DNA of 64,000 bases, from contig JAWXAQ010000012.1 in NCBI GenBank assembly GCA_034439575.1, forward strand, positions 143,815-207,814. The letters are read 5' to 3'. Under the pieces are notes generated by a model. It searched no databases and was not told the origin of the DNA. It saw only the letters and a program-made list of their open reading frames with translations. Positions within the stretch are counted from its first letter, which is position 1; each line of letters begins with the position of its first letter. Below are positions 41,026 to 51,020 of the stretch, piece by piece. Source of the DNA: Leptospira sp. Lineage in GTDB: Bacteria > Spirochaetota > Leptospiria > Leptospirales > Leptospiraceae. The position numbers were made by a program, and so were the translations under genes.

Positions 41026-42399
41026 ATGTCATTAGCACAAGCAGTACGTGATAAACTAGACATTCCCGACCTGGTAACAGGTGGGAAAAATCTAAAAGAT
41101 ATCACTGTCGATATCGCGAAACCAAATGAGGACTTTCCCACAAAACTTTGGTGGAATACCTTTTCTCTCGTACTTACGATCACACTCATTGACGTTGCGA
41201 TCATAGGATATTTATTTTATGAGGGTCTTTATATCCTAGGGATCAACAATCCTGTGGGTTGGGGATTCTTCGTTGTTAACTTCGTCTTCTGGATTGGTAT
41301 CGGACACGCGGGAACCTTGATTTCTGCGGTTCTATTTCTTTTCCGACAAGGTTGGAGAACTGGTATCAATAGAGCTGCGGAAGCCATGACAATCTTTGCC
41401 GTGTTAGTTGCCGCATCAAACCTTATCCTTCACGTAGGACGACCATGGCTTGGGTTTTGGTTATTCCCTTATCCAAACGAAAGAGGCCCATTATGGGTGA
41501 ACTTCCGTTCGCCGCTTATTTGGGATACTTTTGCCGTTTCCACATACCTTTCCATCTCTATGGTATTCTGGTATTTAGGTTTGATTCCTGACTTAGCAAC
41601 ATTACGTGACCGTGCGACAGAAACTTGGAGAAAAAATCTCTATAATGTTCTTTCATTTGGTTGGGTGGGATCTGCAAGGTCTTGGTCACATTTAGAAATC
41701 GTGGCGATGATATTGGCCGCTCTTTCTACACCACTCGTTCTTTCCGTTCATACGATCGTATCTTTCGACTTTGCTGTTTCCATACTACCTGGTTGGCATA
41801 CAACGATTTTCCCACCTTACTTCGTAGCAGGTGCGATTTTCTCTGGTTTTGCGATGGTAGTGACTCTTATGGTGATTGCTCGGGAAGTATTTAACCTCCA
41901 AAACTATATCACCATGAAACACTTGGACAACATGAACAAAATCATGATGACTACGGGTCTTATTGTGGGCTTGGCGTATGGAACAGAATTCTTTATCGCA
42001 TGGTATTCGGGCAATGAGTATGAAGGTTTTGCTTTCGTGAATAGAGCCTTTGGACCATATGGTTGGGCTTATTTTATCATGATCTCATGTAACGTATTGT
42101 CTCCACAAGTGTTCTGGTTTAGAAAACTTCGTTATAATATTCCGGTTATGTTTGTCGCATCCCTTGTCGTGAACGTGGGTATGTGGTTTGAACGTTTCGT
42201 GATTATGATGACATTGAACCGAGACTTTTTACCATCCAGTTGGGCAATGTATACACCTTCCCTTTTTGACTACGCAATGTTAATCGGAACATTTGGAATC
42301 TTTTTCACACTATTCCTTTTATGGTGCCGTATCATGCCAATGATCGCTATTGCCGAAGTGAAAACAGTTATGCCAGCGAAAGAAGGAGCACATCACTAA
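41026..42399 (+). CDS. actC: Alternative complex III quinol-binding subunit (NrfD/PsrC family)
   Basis: [63 protein letters not shown]. Confidence 0.95.
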   Translation: MSLAQAVRDKLDIPDLVTGGKNLKDITVDIAKPNEDFPTKLWWNTFSLVLTITLIDVAIIGYLFYEGLYILGINNPVGWGFFVVNFVFWIGIGHAGTLISAVLFLFRQGWRTGINRAAEAMTIFAVLVAASNLILHVGRPWLGFWLFPYPNERGPLWVNFRSPLIWDTFAVSTYLSISMVFWYLGLIPDLATLRDRATETWRKNLYNVLSFGWVGSARSWSHLEIVAMILAALSTPLVLSVHTIVSFDFAVSILPGWHTTIFPPYFVAGAIFSGFAMVVTLMVIAREVFNLQNYITMKHLDNMNKIMMTTGLIVGLAYGTEFFIAWYSGNEYEGFAFVNRAFGPYGWAYFIMISCNVLSPQVFWFRKLRYNIPVMFVASLVVNVGMWFERFVIMMTLNRDFLPSSWAMYTPSLFDYAMLIGTFGIFFTLFLLWCRIMPMIAIAEVKTVMPAKEGAHH

Positions 42400-42400
42400 T

Positions 42401-42967
42401 ATGTATCTTCCTAAATCAGAACAATTTCATAAATACAATGAAGCGGATGAGGGAGTTTTTGGGGTTTTCGAAACTCCGGAAGCTATCATTCATGCTGCCG
42501 AAAAAACAAAAGAAAAGAATTACGAAGGATTTGATTGTTTGCTTCCCTATCCCGTTCACGGAATCGATGAAGCGATGGGTACACCAAGATCAGGCCTTCC
42601 ATGGGTGACTTTCTTTGCTGGGCTATTTGGGCTTTTGATTGGAACTTCATTTCAATACCTAACACACGCATACGATTGGCCAATGAATATCGCTGGTAAG
42701 TCGTTAAATGCTTGGTTTGCGTATGTTCCGATCATTTTTGAAATCACAGTTTTTAGCGCGGGTATTTATACCGTGGTCGCTCTCGCTTACCTTTGCGGAA
42801 TTCCAAAGGCAACTCGTAGAATTCTACATAAAGATTTTACATCTCACCGGTTTGGACTTTGGATTCCAAAATCTGCCAAAGGTTATAATGAATCAGAAGT
42901 AGTTTCTTTTATCAAAGGCCTTGGTGGACAGGAAGTAACTGTTGTTAAGTCGGAGAAACAAGTATGA
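42401..42967 (+). CDS. actD: Alternative complex III ActD (DUF3341)
   Basis: PYPVHGIDEAMG, DWPMNIAGK, PIIFEITV; position in the operon. Confidence 0.92.
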   Translation: MYLPKSEQFHKYNEADEGVFGVFETPEAIIHAAEKTKEKNYEGFDCLLPYPVHGIDEAMGTPRSGLPWVTFFAGLFGLLIGTSFQYLTHAYDWPMNIAGKSLNAWFAYVPIIFEITVFSAGIYTVVALAYLCGIPKATRRILHKDFTSHRFGLWIPKSAKGYNESEVVSFIKGLGGQEVTVVKSEKQV

Positions 42968-43566
42968 AACAACTTTCTTTACATTTTCTTTTTGCACTGG
43001 TGCTTTTAAATGTCGTCAACTGTGACTACAAAACACCAGTATGGGAATACTTTCCGAATATGTATGACTCTCCTGCACGGGAAGCGCAAGAAGCGGACAG
43101 TTTTTCTAAAAATGGTGCCGCGAATCGCATTCCCCCAAAAGGTGCGATCCCGATTGGATACACTCCTTACCCTTACACAGAAGTTTTAACTCAGGATTCT
43201 TTACCTGGGGCTGATAAAGGATTAAAAAACCCTATCACGAAAGTTTCGCTCGGTGATTTGATGATTGGTGAAAAGAGATACCAAACGTATTGCACACCTT
43301 GTCATGGGGTTCGAGCAGCTGGTAATGGATCTGTTGTTGGTCCAGCACCACGATTTGCACAAAGTCCTCCTGCTTTAGTTGGGCAATTCGCAAATAGCAA
43401 ATCTTATACAGACGGACAGATTTATCACATCATTACTATGGGGCGAGGTGGTATGGGAAGTTACGCCTACCAAATCGAACCAGAAGATCGTTGGAGAGTT
43501 GTTGCCTACATTCGTAAGTTGCAAGAATTCGAAGCGAAAAACCAAAAAAATAGCCAGGCTAACTAG
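42964..43566 (+). CDS. actE: Alternative complex III monoheme cytochrome c lipoprotein
   Basis: Lipobox VVNC, EYFPNMYDS, CTPCHG, DGQIYHIITMGRGGM, DRWRVVAYIR. Confidence 0.92.
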   Translation: MKQLSLHFLFALVLLNVVNCDYKTPVWEYFPNMYDSPAREAQEADSFSKNGAANRIPPKGAIPIGYTPYPYTEVLTQDSLPGADKGLKNPITKVSLGDLMIGEKRYQTYCTPCHGVRAAGNGSVVGPAPRFAQSPPALVGQFANSKSYTDGQIYHIITMGRGGMGSYAYQIEPEDRWRVVAYIRKLQEFEAKNQKNSQAN

Positions 43567-43574
43567 GAAATACT

Positions 43575-44825
43575 ATGAGTGCGACCAAAGCAGCAAAGTT
43601 AGATCAAAATCTTCTCCAATTCAAATTACCAGCTGGTCTGCGTAATGTGCTAATTGCACTAATCGGTGTTGGAGTGGTAAGTTTAATTATATCCTTTTTA
43701 GGATTTGGGCATGAAACCTCACGTCATATGGATGAGTCTGGACATTTTCACCATACTAATTTAGGTTTCCACGTTCTTCTCGTGGCATCTTATTTTGTAT
43801 TGGGACTTGCCATCACCGGAATTTTTTTCACGGCTATTCAGCACATAACTGGAGCTCAGTGGTCTGTCACAGTGAGAAGGCTTTTTGAGACTTATGGACT
43901 TTTTACACCGGTGATCGCAATTTTACTCATTGGTGTATTTTATGGAATGCATGACCTTTACGAATGGGCGGATGCAACTGTCAGAGAAAACGATCATTTG
44001 ATTCATCACAAAAGTGGTTATTTAAATCCAACTTTCTTTGTGGGTAGAACGATTGCCTTTCTCGTGATTTGGTCAGTGTTTGCATATATCTTTCATTCCA
44101 AGTCAGTATCGCAAGACAAAGATAAAGAGGTGGGCACCACAAAAACTCTCGCAAAGATCGCGGGTGGTTTTATCCTTTTCTTTGCTTTATCTTGGAGTTT
44201 TTCTTCTTTTGACCTTCTCATGTCTCTATCACCACATTGGTTTTCGACTATGTTTGGTGTTTATTCCTTTGCGGGTGCATTTCAGACAAGTTTAGCTTCT
44301 TATCTATTAGTTATTTTCTTATTAAAAAAATACGGATTTTACGGCGAAGTTGTGAATGATAATCATATTCACGATATCGCAAAATTCTTGTTAGGGATTA
44401 CAACTTTTTGGGCTTATGTAGGTTTTTCTCAGTTCATGCTGATTTGGTATGCCAATATCCCAGAAGAAACTTTTTTCTATGAGATGAGAATGACTGGTGG
44501 GTGGGGTTATACAACACTTGCACTTCCATTTATCAAATTTGTAATTCCATTCTTGTTACTTCTAAACCGCCCCAATAAACGAAATATTGGATTTTTATGG
44601 AAACTATCTCTTTGGATATTCTTCGTACAATTTTTCGAATTATTTTGGTTAGTTTTTCCGGCAAGTTTCGAACATTTTTCTTTCCTTCACTTTGCCTTAG
44701 CATTAGGCGGGACTTTGGGGACGATTGGTCTATTTGGACTTTTCCTATTCAAGAAGTTAGAAAAACATAGCCTTGTTCCAGTAGGCGATCCGAGGTTAGA
44801 CGAATGTCTAAACCATCACCAATAG
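43575..44825 (+). CDS. actF: Alternative complex III membrane subunit ActF
   Basis: AQWSVTVRR, LYEW, MSLSPHWFSTMFG, WAYVGFSQFMLIWYANIPEE, PVGDP. Confidence 0.93.
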   Translation: MSATKAAKLDQNLLQFKLPAGLRNVLIALIGVGVVSLIISFLGFGHETSRHMDESGHFHHTNLGFHVLLVASYFVLGLAITGIFFTAIQHITGAQWSVTVRRLFETYGLFTPVIAILLIGVFYGMHDLYEWADATVRENDHLIHHKSGYLNPTFFVGRTIAFLVIWSVFAYIFHSKSVSQDKDKEVGTTKTLAKIAGGFILFFALSWSFSSFDLLMSLSPHWFSTMFGVYSFAGAFQTSLASYLLVIFLLKKYGFYGEVVNDNHIHDIAKFLLGITTFWAYVGFSQFMLIWYANIPEETFFYEMRMTGGWGYTTLALPFIKFVIPFLLLLNRPNKRNIGFLWKLSLWIFFVQFFELFWLVFPASFEHFSFLHFALALGGTLGTIGLFGLFLFKKLEKHSLVPVGDPRLDECLNHHQ

Positions 44826-44834
44826 GTAATTAAG

Positions 44835-45350
44835 ATGAAAAATTCAATTCTAATTTTAACAATTTCTGCTTTTGGTTTTATTGGTTGTTCAAAAAAAGCT
44901 GAGGTCACTTGGCATAAACTTTGTGATGCCAAAACAAACAAAGCATCTCTTGATTTTACAGTTCCGCTCTATACAGAACCAAATGCCAAATCACAAGTGT
45001 TAGAGTTTGTTCCTGTTGGTACGGTTGTTATGGTTTTTGAAAATAGAAACCACAACGTATGGAGTCCAAGAAACTTCCTTCGCGTACAAACTGCGAAGGG
45101 TGAGGGATATATGAGTCCACAGTGCCTTGTAGTAAATCAAGATCCTGAAAATAGTGTTTGGCGTTATTCCAAAAATTTGGTTAAGGAATATAAATATTTC
45201 TATGATCCAAATGATAAAGAACATTATCCAAAAGGTTATGAGTATGGATCATTGAAGGGGCTACCTAAGGATAAAATTCATCTATCTGAATTAACAAAAG
45301 GAATGGTCGAAGAGACTTATATCCATAAAGCTCCACTCCAACCAAACTAA
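44835..45350 (+). CDS. Lipoprotein with SH3-like domain (Lsa16-like)
   Basis: Lipobox FIGC; PLYTEPN...GTVV...LRVQT...EGYM is an SH3b-like pattern; 9 bp after actF. Confidence 0.75.
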   Translation: MKNSILILTISAFGFIGCSKKAEVTWHKLCDAKTNKASLDFTVPLYTEPNAKSQVLEFVPVGTVVMVFENRNHNVWSPRNFLRVQTAKGEGYMSPQCLVVNQDPENSVWRYSKNLVKEYKYFYDPNDKEHYPKGYEYGSLKGLPKDKIHLSELTKGMVEETYIHKAPLQPN

Positions 45351-45391
45351 AAACTAGTTCTGTCTTAAAAAAGACAGTTTGTTTCAATGAG

Positions 45392-45429
45392 AAAGGATCC
45401 AAGGCATTAGACCTTTGGATCCTTTTTTT
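45392..45429 (+). terminator. Intrinsic terminator ending the ACIII operon
   Basis: AAAGGATCCAAGG-CATTAGA-CCTTTGGATCC-TTTTTTT. Confidence 0.88.
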
Positions 45430-45434
45430 ATCCT

Positions 45435-45463
45435 TTGACAAATTGAATTCTTGAAAGTAATAT
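45435..45463 (+). promoter_or_regulatory. Sigma70 promoter of the cyclase gene (likely leaderless mRNA)
   Basis: TTGACA - 17 nt - TAATAT, 7 nt before ATG 45471; no SD. Confidence 0.7.
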
Positions 45464-45470
45464 CTTCATC

Positions 45471-46124
45471 ATGGGCCAAAAGAGAACAATCGCAACATCT
45501 GCATCTGAAGAAAGACTTGAAAAATTATTAGAAGAAAGAATCATCACAGGTTCGAACCAAGAAGTGATCGATAAAAGAATCTGGGATTTGTTTGGTGAAA
45601 CTTGGTGTGTGATGTTTACTGACCTTTCTGGTTTTTCTAGAGGCGTTGCCAAGTTTGGTATCATTCATTTTTTACAAACGATTTATGAATCACAACGTAT
45701 TTTAATTCCGGTAGTCGATGAATACGATGGGATTTTAATGAAAGATGAAGGTGATAGTTTTATGGTCTTATTCAGAAACACAAATAAGGCTATCAATTGT
45801 GCAATTCATATGCAAAAAGCATGTCGTCGATATAATGAAGGAAAACAAGCAGAAGAACAAATCCTTTTATGTGTCGGTCTTGGTTATGGAAAAATTTTAA
45901 AAATTGGAGATAGTGATGTTTTTGGCTCTGAAGTAAATGCAGCATCTAAGTTAGGTGAGGATACGGCAAAGGCATGGGAAATTCTTGTGACGCAAGCTGT
46001 TAAAGATAATGCAGAAAATACGACAGAATTTGATTTTACAGAAATTGAAGATATTCCGCCTGGTAGCGACGGTGCCTATAAATTGGTATATACCTTAGAT
46101 GATTCTAAATGGGTTGTAATGTAA
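45471..46124 (+). CDS. Stand-alone class III adenylate/guanylate cyclase domain protein
   Basis: MFTDLSGFS, KDEGDS, VGLGYG, DVFGSEVNAASKL. Confidence 0.9.
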   Translation: MGQKRTIATSASEERLEKLLEERIITGSNQEVIDKRIWDLFGETWCVMFTDLSGFSRGVAKFGIIHFLQTIYESQRILIPVVDEYDGILMKDEGDSFMVLFRNTNKAINCAIHMQKACRRYNEGKQAEEQILLCVGLGYGKILKIGDSDVFGSEVNAASKLGEDTAKAWEILVTQAVKDNAENTTEFDFTEIEDIPPGSDGAYKLVYTLDDSKWVVM

Positions 46125-46186
46125 TTCAAAGGATTTAATTATAAAACGCTTTAATGGATTCTTTGTTTGGTGTATTTATTGTCTAA

Positions 46187-48010
46187 TCATTCCATAAATT
46201 CATAAATGGATCGGATATCTCCCATTTTTTCAACAGTGTTATATAGTTTTTGGTATAGATGATTTTGGCATAGAGTTCCTGAGTCACCGATAATAATTAA
46301 GTGATATTTAGCTCGTGTTAGAGCTACATTCAATCTTTTGAAATCCGATAAAAATCCTATTTCTCCCGTTTCATTAGATCTCACAAGACTGATTAGAATA
46401 ATTTCTGATTCTCTTCCTTGAAAGGAATCAATCGTTTGTACATTTAAATTCTCTATATTTTTATCACGTAGTGCCTCAACTTGGCCTCTGTATGGCGAAA
46501 GTATGTTTGTAAACCTTTTTGATAAACCTAATTCGAAGAGTCTTTCTATAAGGGAAATTTCAATCTCGTTTCGATAACTCATTTCTTCTGAGCCAGAAAT
46601 TTCCATGGTATCACTTCCAGCAGTATCAAACCAAATAAGACCGCAGTCAGATCCGAATAAATTATCAAAGCCAAACTCTTCTTTTTGTAATTTTGATTCT
46701 TTGATTAAATTTGGTGTTTCAATTTTTCCCTCGTAAAAATTTTCATTGGGGAAATTTAAAATTTCAGGTTTCATTCTAAATTGTTTGTTTAAAAAAATGA
46801 TGCGAGATCCATCGTCGTTTAAAATTCCTTTTTCTAAGAAACTAAGCATAGTTTTGTGATCAGGATGTGAGTAAGAAGGGGGTAATTGTTTGGGATCTCC
46901 CAAAAAAAATACTTTCTCTCCGGCAAGCACACCCATATAACAGGCAACATCTAGACCTTGCGTAGCTTCATCAATAAAAACATATTTGAATCTTCTCCCT
47001 TTCTTTAATTCGTTTGCGTAGCCAGAGAAAGTAGATACAAGTAAATCACATTGATCTATCAAATTCGTTCGAATATTTGATTCAAGTCCTCGAATGATTT
47101 TTAATAAGTCTTTAGCTTCGCGACGTAAGTTTTTTCGTTCTTCACGTTCTTCTTTACCGAAACTACGTTTCCAGGTGTTAGCTTTTTTTTGAATTCCTTT
47201 TAATTCAGAATGCCATGTTTGAATTTGTTTTTGTTCGGGGCTTTCTGAAATTAAATGGTCAATATGATAATTTAATACATTATCTTTTATCTTAGTAGAA
47301 TTGCCAAGACGGATGACATTTAATTTTTTTGAAATAGCTAGCTCGACTATATAGTCACAGGCAAAGTTAGTCGGACATAAAACCAAAACACTCGTTTTTT
47401 GAGTTCGAAGTTCTTCTATGATTTGAATGAGTAAAGTTGTCTTTCCAGTTCCGGGTGGACCAAAAACGAAACCATAATCATTTAATTGAAGTAAGGAATC
47501 TTTTGGTGAAACCTCTGATTTCATTTTTGGTGGAGTTGTTTTTTCAGAAGAATTGTATCCTAATATCCATGCTAATTTTTGGTAAGCATCATTATCCTTT
47601 TGGTTTTCCAATCTGTTGATCACATCAAAATACATTTCGTAAGTTGATTCTTGAAACCATTCTTTGATAACATAAGTCTCGCTTTCTAATTCATAATCTC
47701 CACGGATTTGGATGTTTATTTCTTTTTCATTCCAAGTATAAACATTCCCAAAAATTTTATCTAAATCAGATTCAATTAAAACAGGACTACCTCGTCTGAT
47801 CCATTTTTGATTTTTGATTGGTGTTTGGTGCCTAAATAAAAGTCTCCATGTATTTCCCGCTAAGAATCTTGAATCTTCTAAAACACAAGATTTTAGTATA
47901 TTATTATTATCTTTATTATCTTCAAATTCCTTTCTTTCAAAGTCGCGCTCCTTGTTTAAAATTTCTTTTTGAAAATTTATTTCTTCGCGTAGATTGTTAA
48001 AATGTTGCAT
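46187..48010 (-). CDS. Superfamily 1 Upf1/DNA2-NAM7-like helicase
   Basis: GPPGTGKT, IDEATQ, GDPKQLPP, QFRM, SPYRGQ, TIDSFQGRE, RLNVALTRAK; start at 48010 via TAATG overlap. Confidence 0.92.
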   Translation of the reverse strand: MQHFNNLREEINFQKEILNKERDFERKEFEDNKDNNNILKSCVLEDSRFLAGNTWRLLFRHQTPIKNQKWIRRGSPVLIESDLDKIFGNVYTWNEKEINIQIRGDYELESETYVIKEWFQESTYEMYFDVINRLENQKDNDAYQKLAWILGYNSSEKTTPPKMKSEVSPKDSLLQLNDYGFVFGPPGTGKTTLLIQIIEELRTQKTSVLVLCPTNFACDYIVELAISKKLNVIRLGNSTKIKDNVLNYHIDHLISESPEQKQIQTWHSELKGIQKKANTWKRSFGKEEREERKNLRREAKDLLKIIRGLESNIRTNLIDQCDLLVSTFSGYANELKKGRRFKYVFIDEATQGLDVACYMGVLAGEKVFFLGDPKQLPPSYSHPDHKTMLSFLEKGILNDDGSRIIFLNKQFRMKPEILNFPNENFYEGKIETPNLIKESKLQKEEFGFDNLFGSDCGLIWFDTAGSDTMEISGSEEMSYRNEIEISLIERLFELGLSKRFTNILSPYRGQVEALRDKNIENLNVQTIDSFQGRESEIILISLVRSNETGEIGFLSDFKRLNVALTRAKYHLIIIGDSGTLCQNHLYQKLYNTVEKMGDIRSIYEFME

Positions 48011-48861
48011 TATGGTTCTTCCCATTCTATATTTTCAAGTGTTGTAAAAAAACCATTGCGAAGGAGGGGTGCAAAATCAGTCATTTCGGTGCCATTTAAT
48101 TGAAGCGAGTCTTCATAAGAGTAGGCTTGGATGAGTAATTGTGCCGCTTCATCGAGAAGGCCTAATCTGCATTTAGCACGAGACTGAATGATTAATACTT
48201 CAGGATCAATTTCTCCAATGTATTCTATAAAGGCTTCGATACTTTTTAAAGCATTCTCTGGATCTTCCAATTCTAAATAACATAGTGATAATAATTCATA
48301 ATTTAGAAATTCTGATTCATCACCCATCTTTAATGCTTTGCGAAGGCAGGCTAATGCTGAATTATAATCTCCCCTGGAATAAAATAAGGATCCGAGTTCA
48401 GACCAAATATCTTTTCTTCCGATTCCTTTACTCTTTGTTAGGTTTTCTTGAGCTAATGCAATTTTTAAAACTTCAATGGACTCTTCTGACCTGTCCATAT
48501 CTTTCAAGAGGGACGCGAGTAGAAGATAATATTCCAGAAAACTTGGATATAAAGAGATCCCTTTTTTTAAAATTAACTTTGCAGATTTGAATTTTCGGAG
48601 TTTGATTTGGTACTTAGAATAAAGTACATAACTGAGAGGATGATCCGAAAAATTGTCCAAAAGGTATTGGAAATGAAATTCGGTTTCCTTAGGATTGCCC
48701 ACTGAATATTGGCACCATGCCATTTTTGCTCTAATTTTAATTTTGGAACTGAGATCAGTTGTGTAATATTCGGATTCAAAGTATAAATTAAATGCCTTCG
48801 TAAATTCCTTTTCCATTTCACAAGCTGTCGCTTTTCGTATGATAGAGAAAAAGGAGTTCAT
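48010..48861 (-). CDS. Tetratricopeptide repeat protein
   Basis: Repeated TPR consensus (WSELGSLFYSRGDYNSALACLRKAL etc.). Confidence 0.88.
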   Translation of the reverse strand: MNSFFSIIRKATACEMEKEFTKAFNLYFESEYYTTDLSSKIKIRAKMAWCQYSVGNPKETEFHFQYLLDNFSDHPLSYVLYSKYQIKLRKFKSAKLILKKGISLYPSFLEYYLLLASLLKDMDRSEESIEVLKIALAQENLTKSKGIGRKDIWSELGSLFYSRGDYNSALACLRKALKMGDESEFLNYELLSLCYLELEDPENALKSIEAFIEYIGEIDPEVLIIQSRAKCRLGLLDEAAQLLIQAYSYEDSLQLNGTEMTDFAPLLRNGFFTTLENIEWEEP

Positions 48862-48942
48862 TTTATTTATTTTTCACTCAACTTAATTCAAAAATTGGCG
48901 AAGATAAGACTAGGGTTTATAGAATCCAAAAGGAGTAAGATC

Positions 48943-49101
48943 ATGGTCACTATCGGTTCCAACCTTCAGTCTATTGTTAATTTACCCAAAGAAATATTCC
49001 AAGCCAATACTAATTTGAGCGAAAAACTAATGAAAATGGCTGTGGAAGAAAAAGTCGGGGAAATATCTTCACCACAGCGACTACTCGACGTTTATTGTTA
49101 G
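48943..49101 (+). CDS. Small hypothetical protein (52 aa), YjfB-like C-terminus
   Basis: SD AAGGAG 7 nt before ATG 48943; MVTIGSNLQ...QRLLDVYC. Confidence 0.65.
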   Translation: MVTIGSNLQSIVNLPKEIFQANTNLSEKLMKMAVEEKVGEISSPQRLLDVYC

Positions 49102-49932
49102 TTAAGCTTTTCTAGTTTCAGGATTAAAGAGAGGTTTTTTTCTCTCTTTAAATCCTTGGATGGCTGATCTAAAATCTTTAGTATCAAGCATACTCGCATT
49201 CCATACTGCCACATAATTTAGGGTATCCGCTAGCGATTTCCCATCACCATAGTTTAATACTTGTTTTACGCCACGGATAACTATCGTTGGGTTTTCTGCA
49301 ATTTCATGTGCCACTTTTAATCCTTCCGCGAGTAGGGTTTCATCATTTGGTAAAATTTTTGAAATGAGTCCCATTCTTAAGGCTTCATTAGCATCTATAT
49401 CTTTTCCAGTTAATGCAAGTTCTCTAGTATTTCCTTGCCCAATGATAGCAGGTAATCTTTGTAACGAACCCATATCTGCGACAATGCCGACCTTTGCTTC
49501 TCGTAATGAAAAACTAGCGTCAGAACTCGCATAACGAATATCACAGGCGGAAATTAAATCAAGTCCACCGCCTATACAATGTTTTTGGATCAGGGCAATA
49601 GATGGTTTTTTTGAATCATAAACAGCATTGATTCCTTTCTGCATAAGCAGAACTAGTTCATATAGTTTTTCTCTACCGTCACCTAATTCACCTTGAACGA
49701 CGTCTTTAAATTCGGCAAAAAAATCCTCTAGATCAAGTCCCGTAGAAAAAGATTTTCCTTTGGCTGCAATGATAAATGCATGAACGGTCGGTTCTTGATT
49801 GATTTCGTTTATAACAAAAGGGAGATCTCGCCAAAAAGACCAATCCATAGCATTTCTTTTTTCTGGACGATTTAAGTATATGATGGCTACGTTTTTGTCC
49901 TGCTTAATTTCAAAAAAAGGATATGATTTCAT
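49102..49932 (-). CDS. Crotonase / enoyl-CoA hydratase-isomerase (dienoyl-CoA isomerase-like)
   Basis: [48 protein letters not shown]; start 49932 via ATGA overlap with lgt. Confidence 0.93.
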   Translation of the reverse strand: MKSYPFFEIKQDKNVAIIYLNRPEKRNAMDWSFWRDLPFVINEINQEPTVHAFIIAAKGKSFSTGLDLEDFFAEFKDVVQGELGDGREKLYELVLLMQKGINAVYDSKKPSIALIQKHCIGGGLDLISACDIRYASSDASFSLREAKVGIVADMGSLQRLPAIIGQGNTRELALTGKDIDANEALRMGLISKILPNDETLLAEGLKVAHEIAENPTIVIRGVKQVLNYGDGKSLADTLNYVAVWNASMLDTKDFRSAIQGFKERKKPLFNPETRKA

Positions 49933-50855
49933 TTGATTACTGCCTCTTTTTGCCAAAGTTTCCCTTTGTAGAATAAAATAACACCTGCTAGAATCAGTGC
50001 TAGGGAAATATATTGTGACTGAGAAAATCCATGCCAATAGTATCCAGTAAGAAACGTAGGATTGCCACTCGCATCTGGTATATTTACCATTTGTGGTGGA
50101 TCTATAAATGGAAATACCGCCTTATTCACTCGTAAAAATTCTATGATCAGCCGGGCAAATCCATGTATGATAAAAAATTGGGCAGCAAGACTCCATTTTT
50201 TGAAATTTTGGAATCTCGCATAATATTGAAAGTATGCAAAATAACCAAATGCCATGATGGATTCCATTACCGGTGTATTCCAAACGGGAACACCCGATGG
50301 ATGAGCCCCATGAAAATTAAATACAAAAAATGGAATTTGTGCATCTGTCGCAAAGCCATAACAACCGTCACCACTTACAAAACAGCCTAATCTTCCGATC
50401 GCATAACCTATGCTCATGGAAGGAGCTATGGCATCTAGATAACTACCAGTATCTAATTTAAAATAACGAAAGTAGAGTGAGATAAACAATAATCCAAATA
50501 ATAATCCACCAAAGAATACGAGTCCCCCGCCACTAAAAAGGGAAGACCATAAACCAGGATGACCTGGAAATCCATCGAAATGGGTGAGTGGGTAAAGATA
50601 CTTACCTTCATAACCTGGAACATCGATAAAGACTTGGTCCCAAATTTCGAAGACAAAAAAAATCTTCGCACCGATGAGTGTGCCTAGAATTCCGAGAAAG
50701 ATCAACCAATCGGAATGTTTTGGTTCGAGTTTTCTTCGTTCTAATTCTTTAGGGAGAATGTACGAGCCCACGAGAAAGGCTAACATCATTAAGAGACTAA
50801 AAGTAGATAAGCCTTCCCATCCGAAGGGGTTTGGTATTGGAATCCGATCAAGCAT
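49929..50855 (-). CDS. lgt: Prolipoprotein diacylglyceryl transferase
   Basis: [45 protein letters not shown]. Confidence 0.9.
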   Translation of the reverse strand: MLDRIPIPNPFGWEGLSTFSLLMMLAFLVGSYILPKELERRKLEPKHSDWLIFLGILGTLIGAKIFFVFEIWDQVFIDVPGYEGKYLYPLTHFDGFPGHPGLWSSLFSGGGLVFFGGLLFGLLFISLYFRYFKLDTGSYLDAIAPSMSIGYAIGRLGCFVSGDGCYGFATDAQIPFFVFNFHGAHPSGVPVWNTPVMESIMAFGYFAYFQYYARFQNFKKWSLAAQFFIIHGFARLIIEFLRVNKAVFPFIDPPQMVNIPDASGNPTFLTGYYWHGFSQSQYISLALILAGVILFYKGKLWQKEAVIK

Positions 50856-50963
50856 AAGAATACGCTAAAATCCTAGGTTAGGGAGGAAAGGAGAATTTCA
50901 TGGGAGTTTCGCTTCGGACAAGATAGGCTCTAGAGAAAAAACGATCTGGGAGATAAAAAATGC

Positions 50964-51011
50964 TTGTAGTTTAGTATCTGATAGTTTAATATTGAACTAT
51001 CTGATACTAAA
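50964..51011 (+). promoter_or_regulatory. doxX promoter embedded in a 42-bp double-operator palindrome
   Basis: TTGTAG - 17 nt - TAATAT; TTTAGTATCTGATAGTTTAA-TA-TTGAACTATCTGATACTAAA. Confidence 0.75.
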
Positions 51012-51020
51012 GGATTCAAT

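Noticed and set aside
45471-48861. Cyclase plus helicase plus TPR as a Pycsar/CBASS-like defence system
   Set aside because: The cyclase is convergent with the helicase, has its own promoter and ATP-type specificity residues, and no TIR, TM or cNMP effector gene is adjacent
48878-48907. Sigma28 promoter for the 52-aa gene (GAAGATAA)
   Set aside because: Only 6 of 8 match to GCCGATAA and no TAAA at 15-nt spacing
50885-50926. 8-codon ORF MGVSLRTR with AAGGAG SD between lgt and doxX
   Set aside because: Lies upstream of the predicted doxX promoter with no evident promoter of its own; the purine tract is more simply part of the divergent lgt promoter region
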